Source of the DNA: an uncultured Actinomycetota bacterium
GTDB taxonomy: Bacteria; Actinomycetota; Actinomycetes; Actinomycetales; Dermatophilaceae
Length of the DNA: 64,000 nucleotides
Assembly (NCBI GenBank): GCA_963787725.1
Contig: CAWBEH010000008.1
Coordinates: forward strand, 64,806 to 128,805
Direction of reading: 5' to 3'
Positions 61,772 through 64,000 of this stretch are shown piece after piece. Made by a program: the position numbers and the translations under genes. The notes under the pieces were generated by a model, which searched no databases, was not told the DNA's origin, and saw nothing but the letters and a program-made list of their open reading frames with translations. How positions within the stretch are numbered: the first letter of the stretch is position 1; every line of letters begins with the position of its first letter.

Positions 61772-62395
61772 TCAGGACCGGACGGGTCCGCCGATGGCAC
61801 CGGACAGGGTCCGGGCGAAGCGGAGGGCGTCGTTCAGCGCGCGGTCGCCGTCGGCGTCGGCGCTGATCCGCAGCGAGATGTCGTCGGAGGCGACGGTGCC
61901 CTCGAACCCGTGGTCGGCGTCGCAGTCGGGGTCGCCGCAGGTGGCCGGCACGATGTCGATCCGAGCGACGGCGCCCCAGCCGATGGTCAGGGTGATCTCG
62001 CGGCCGAGGGACCCGGGGACGTAGGTGTCCGGCGAGCTGACCACGTGCGTGAGCATCACGCCGCGCACCGAGGTGAGCGGGACCGTCTCGCTCGTCGCCG
62101 TGGCGACCGGCAACCCCGCCTCGCCCTCGGCACCGCCGGGGATGCCCTCGTGGTCGTCGGCATGGGCGATGACCAGCCGGGTCGGCGTCATGGCGAGCAC
62201 GGTGATGTGGCGTCGCACGGCGTCCTGGTCGAAGGTCGTCTCCTGGTGGACCAGGTGTGCGACCACCGTGTCGGGTCCGAGTGCGGACTCGACGACGTCC
62301 GCGACGAGCGCGGGGTAGTAGCCCGCCCGCTCGATCGCGGACGTGAGGTCGGCCGGCAGTGCCGGCGCCGACCGCATGTCGCGTGGTGTGGCCAT
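61772..62395 (-). CDS. DUF5998 family protein
   Basis: IERAGYYPALV, HLVHQETTFD...VRRH, TIGWGAV...PATCGDPDCDADHG. Confidence 0.88.
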   Translation of the reverse strand: MATPRDMRSAPALPADLTSAIERAGYYPALVADVVESALGPDTVVAHLVHQETTFDQDAVRRHITVLAMTPTRLVIAHADDHEGIPGGAEGEAGLPVATATSETVPLTSVRGVMLTHVVSSPDTYVPGSLGREITLTIGWGAVARIDIVPATCGDPDCDADHGFEGTVASDDISLRISADADGDRALNDALRFARTLSGAIGGPVRS

Positions 62396-62492
62396 ATCAG
62401 CATCCTTGCACTTCACGGCGGGCCGACGTCTCCGAGCGCCCGCCGTCGGGACCTCCCCGAGGGCCCGGCCAGCACGGGATAGCCTCGACCGT

Positions 62493-63275
62493 GTGACCTC
62501 GTCACACCGCCCCGAACCGCCGCGGGTGCTCGTCATCGTCCCTGCGTGGAACGAGGAGACGACGCTCGCCGCGGTGGTCGAGGAGACCCGCGCCGCGCTC
62601 CTCGCGAGCGAGGTCCCTGCCGACATCCTCGTCGTCGACGACGGCTCCGACGACGCCACCGGGACCGTCGCCACGGCGTCCGGCGCGCTCGTCGCGCACC
62701 TTCCCGTGAACCTCGGGGTCGGCGGCGCGATGCGGACGGGGTACCGGTACGCGCAGCGGCTCGGGTATGCGGTGACGGTCCAGGTCGACGCGGACGGGCA
62801 GCACAACCCGGCCGACATCCCGGCCCTGCTCGACGCGCTGGCCGACGGCGCCGACATCGTCATCGGCGCGCGGGTGGCCGGGGACGGCGCCTACCTGGCC
62901 CGCGGGCCCCGGCGCTGGGCGATGAGCATGCTCTCCGGCACGATCTCGCGGATCGCGCATACCAAGCTGACCGACACGACGTCGGGGTTCAAAGCGTGCG
63001 GGCCGCGGGCCATCGACCTGTTCGCGCGGTCGTACCCCGCGGAGTACCTCGGCGACACGGTCGAGTCCCTCGTGGTGGCGGCCCGGTCGCAGCTGGTGAT
63101 CCGGGAGGTGGGCGTCGTCATGCGGCCCCGGGCCGGCGGCCAGCCGTCTCACGGACCGGCCCGCTCCGCGGCGTTCCTCGGCCGCGCCGTGCTCGCGCTC
63201 GGGCTGGCGCTCACCCGGCCCCGACCCGAGCTGCGCCGTAGCCCGCACCGGCGGTACGAGGAGCTGGGCGCATGA
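62493..63275 (+). CDS. glycosyltransferase family 2 (polyprenol-phosphate sugar synthase-like)
   Basis: VPAWNE, VVDDGSDD, NLGVGGAMRTG, QVDADGQH, TDTTSGF, YPAEYLGDTVESL. Confidence 0.9.
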   Translation: MTSSHRPEPPRVLVIVPAWNEETTLAAVVEETRAALLASEVPADILVVDDGSDDATGTVATASGALVAHLPVNLGVGGAMRTGYRYAQRLGYAVTVQVDADGQHNPADIPALLDALADGADIVIGARVAGDGAYLARGPRRWAMSMLSGTISRIAHTKLTDTTSGFKACGPRAIDLFARSYPAEYLGDTVESLVVAARSQLVIREVGVVMRPRAGGQPSHGPARSAAFLGRAVLALGLALTRPRPELRRSPHRRYEELGA

Positions 63276-63700
63276 TGCTGCTCTCGCAGAGCGGTTACCC
63301 GTTCGCGCTCGTCGTCGCCGCGGCGTTGCTGGTCGCGCTGTTCTGGCTGCTGCGGACGCAGCGGCTGCGCGAGAAGTACAGCGTCCTGTGGTTCGCCGTG
63401 ATCGTCGGCGTCGTCCTGCTCACGTTCATCCCGGCGATCACGGGTTGGCTCACGGCGCTCGCCGGTGTGACGACCCCGATCAACCTGGTCTTCATCCTCG
63501 CCTTCCTCGTCCTGCTGGTCGTCTGCATCCAGCTGAGCATCGAGATCTCGACGCTCGAGGAGTCGGCTCGCACGGTCGCCGAGGAGGTCGCGCTGCTGCG
63601 CCTGGAGCTGGAGCGCCGCACCGGCGGCGCCGACGGCACCCCCCGTCACGACTCCGAGGCGTCCGAGCCGCGGACGGACGACTCCTCCGCGGCCCCCTGA
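63272..63700 (+). CDS. DUF2304 membrane protein
   Basis: LLRTQRLREKYSVLW, GVTTPINLVF, C-terminal coiled coil LAEEVALL-like; ATGA-coupled to the GT2. Confidence 0.88.
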   Translation: MMLLSQSGYPFALVVAAALLVALFWLLRTQRLREKYSVLWFAVIVGVVLLTFIPAITGWLTALAGVTTPINLVFILAFLVLLVVCIQLSIEISTLEESARTVAEEVALLRLELERRTGGADGTPRHDSEASEPRTDDSSAAP

Positions 63701-63750
63701 CCCGGTTCGTGCTCTGGACCGGTGCGAAATCCGGCTCCAACCCGCACGAA

Positions 63751-64000
63751 TCACGTCATGACGCGCTTGTCGGCGTCCTTCCGCGTCATGGCGGCGTGGA
63801 TCGAGATCTCGGCGTCGAGGACGTCCACGCCCCCGGTCCACGCGTTGACCGGGTTGAGCAGGACGTGGTCGACCTCCGGAAGATCGTCGGCCAGGCAGGA
63901 GAGCCGCGCGACGAGGTCGGACAGCGCCGCGCGGTGGACGGGCATCGCGCCGCGGTGACCGTTCAACAGAGGAGCGGCACGCACCGCGGACAGCAGGTCG
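63751..64000 (-). CDS. C-terminus of an acyl-CoA synthetase (NDP-forming)/GNAT-type ATP-grasp protein (partial)
   Basis: AAPLLNGHRG...LSDLVARLSCLADDLPEV...LNPV...DAEI; runs off the window end. Confidence 0.75.
   Translation of the reverse strand, partial: DLLSAVRAAPLLNGHRGAMPVHRAALSDLVARLSCLADDLPEVDHVLLNPVNAWTGGVDVLDAEISIHAAMTRKDADKRVMT

Overview
A high-GC actinobacterial chromosome segment, probably Micrococcales/Intrasporangiaceae-like (inferred from gene content). Most of it is a conserved backbone: msrB-hemQ-hemG-hemE-DUF3000-rnd...dxs...acnA...RNA methyltransferase-APC permease-trkA/trkA-DUF3159-OB-DUF3710-dut-DUF4193-suhB-hemH-sepH-tdk, plus aidB-like, ppk2 and ligC/Prim-PolC. Three accessory parts stand out. 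(1) Positions 1-5150 are a decayed island abutting the 3' end of a tRNA Gly-Cys-Val operon, holding an Lsr2 fragment, a GNAT pseudogene, a HEPN-motif ORF, a split excisionase and arm-type-like 11-bp repeats. (2) An ~11.6-kb block between rnd and dxs carries an XRE-HTH-MurA fusion and a CdaR-regulated 3-hydroxybutyrate dehydrogenase/ABC/hydrolase module. (3) A 1.5-kb IS110 element (CT cores at 50508-50509 and 52023-52024) sits exactly in the trkA stop codon. Its 3' non-coding end contains a readable bridge-RNA architecture, with four guide segments matching its own target and donor junctions in LTG-RTG-LDG-RDG order. Several conserved genes carry lone +1 frameshifts that look like sequencing artefacts. 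All family calls come from motif recognition by eye; no database searches were run.
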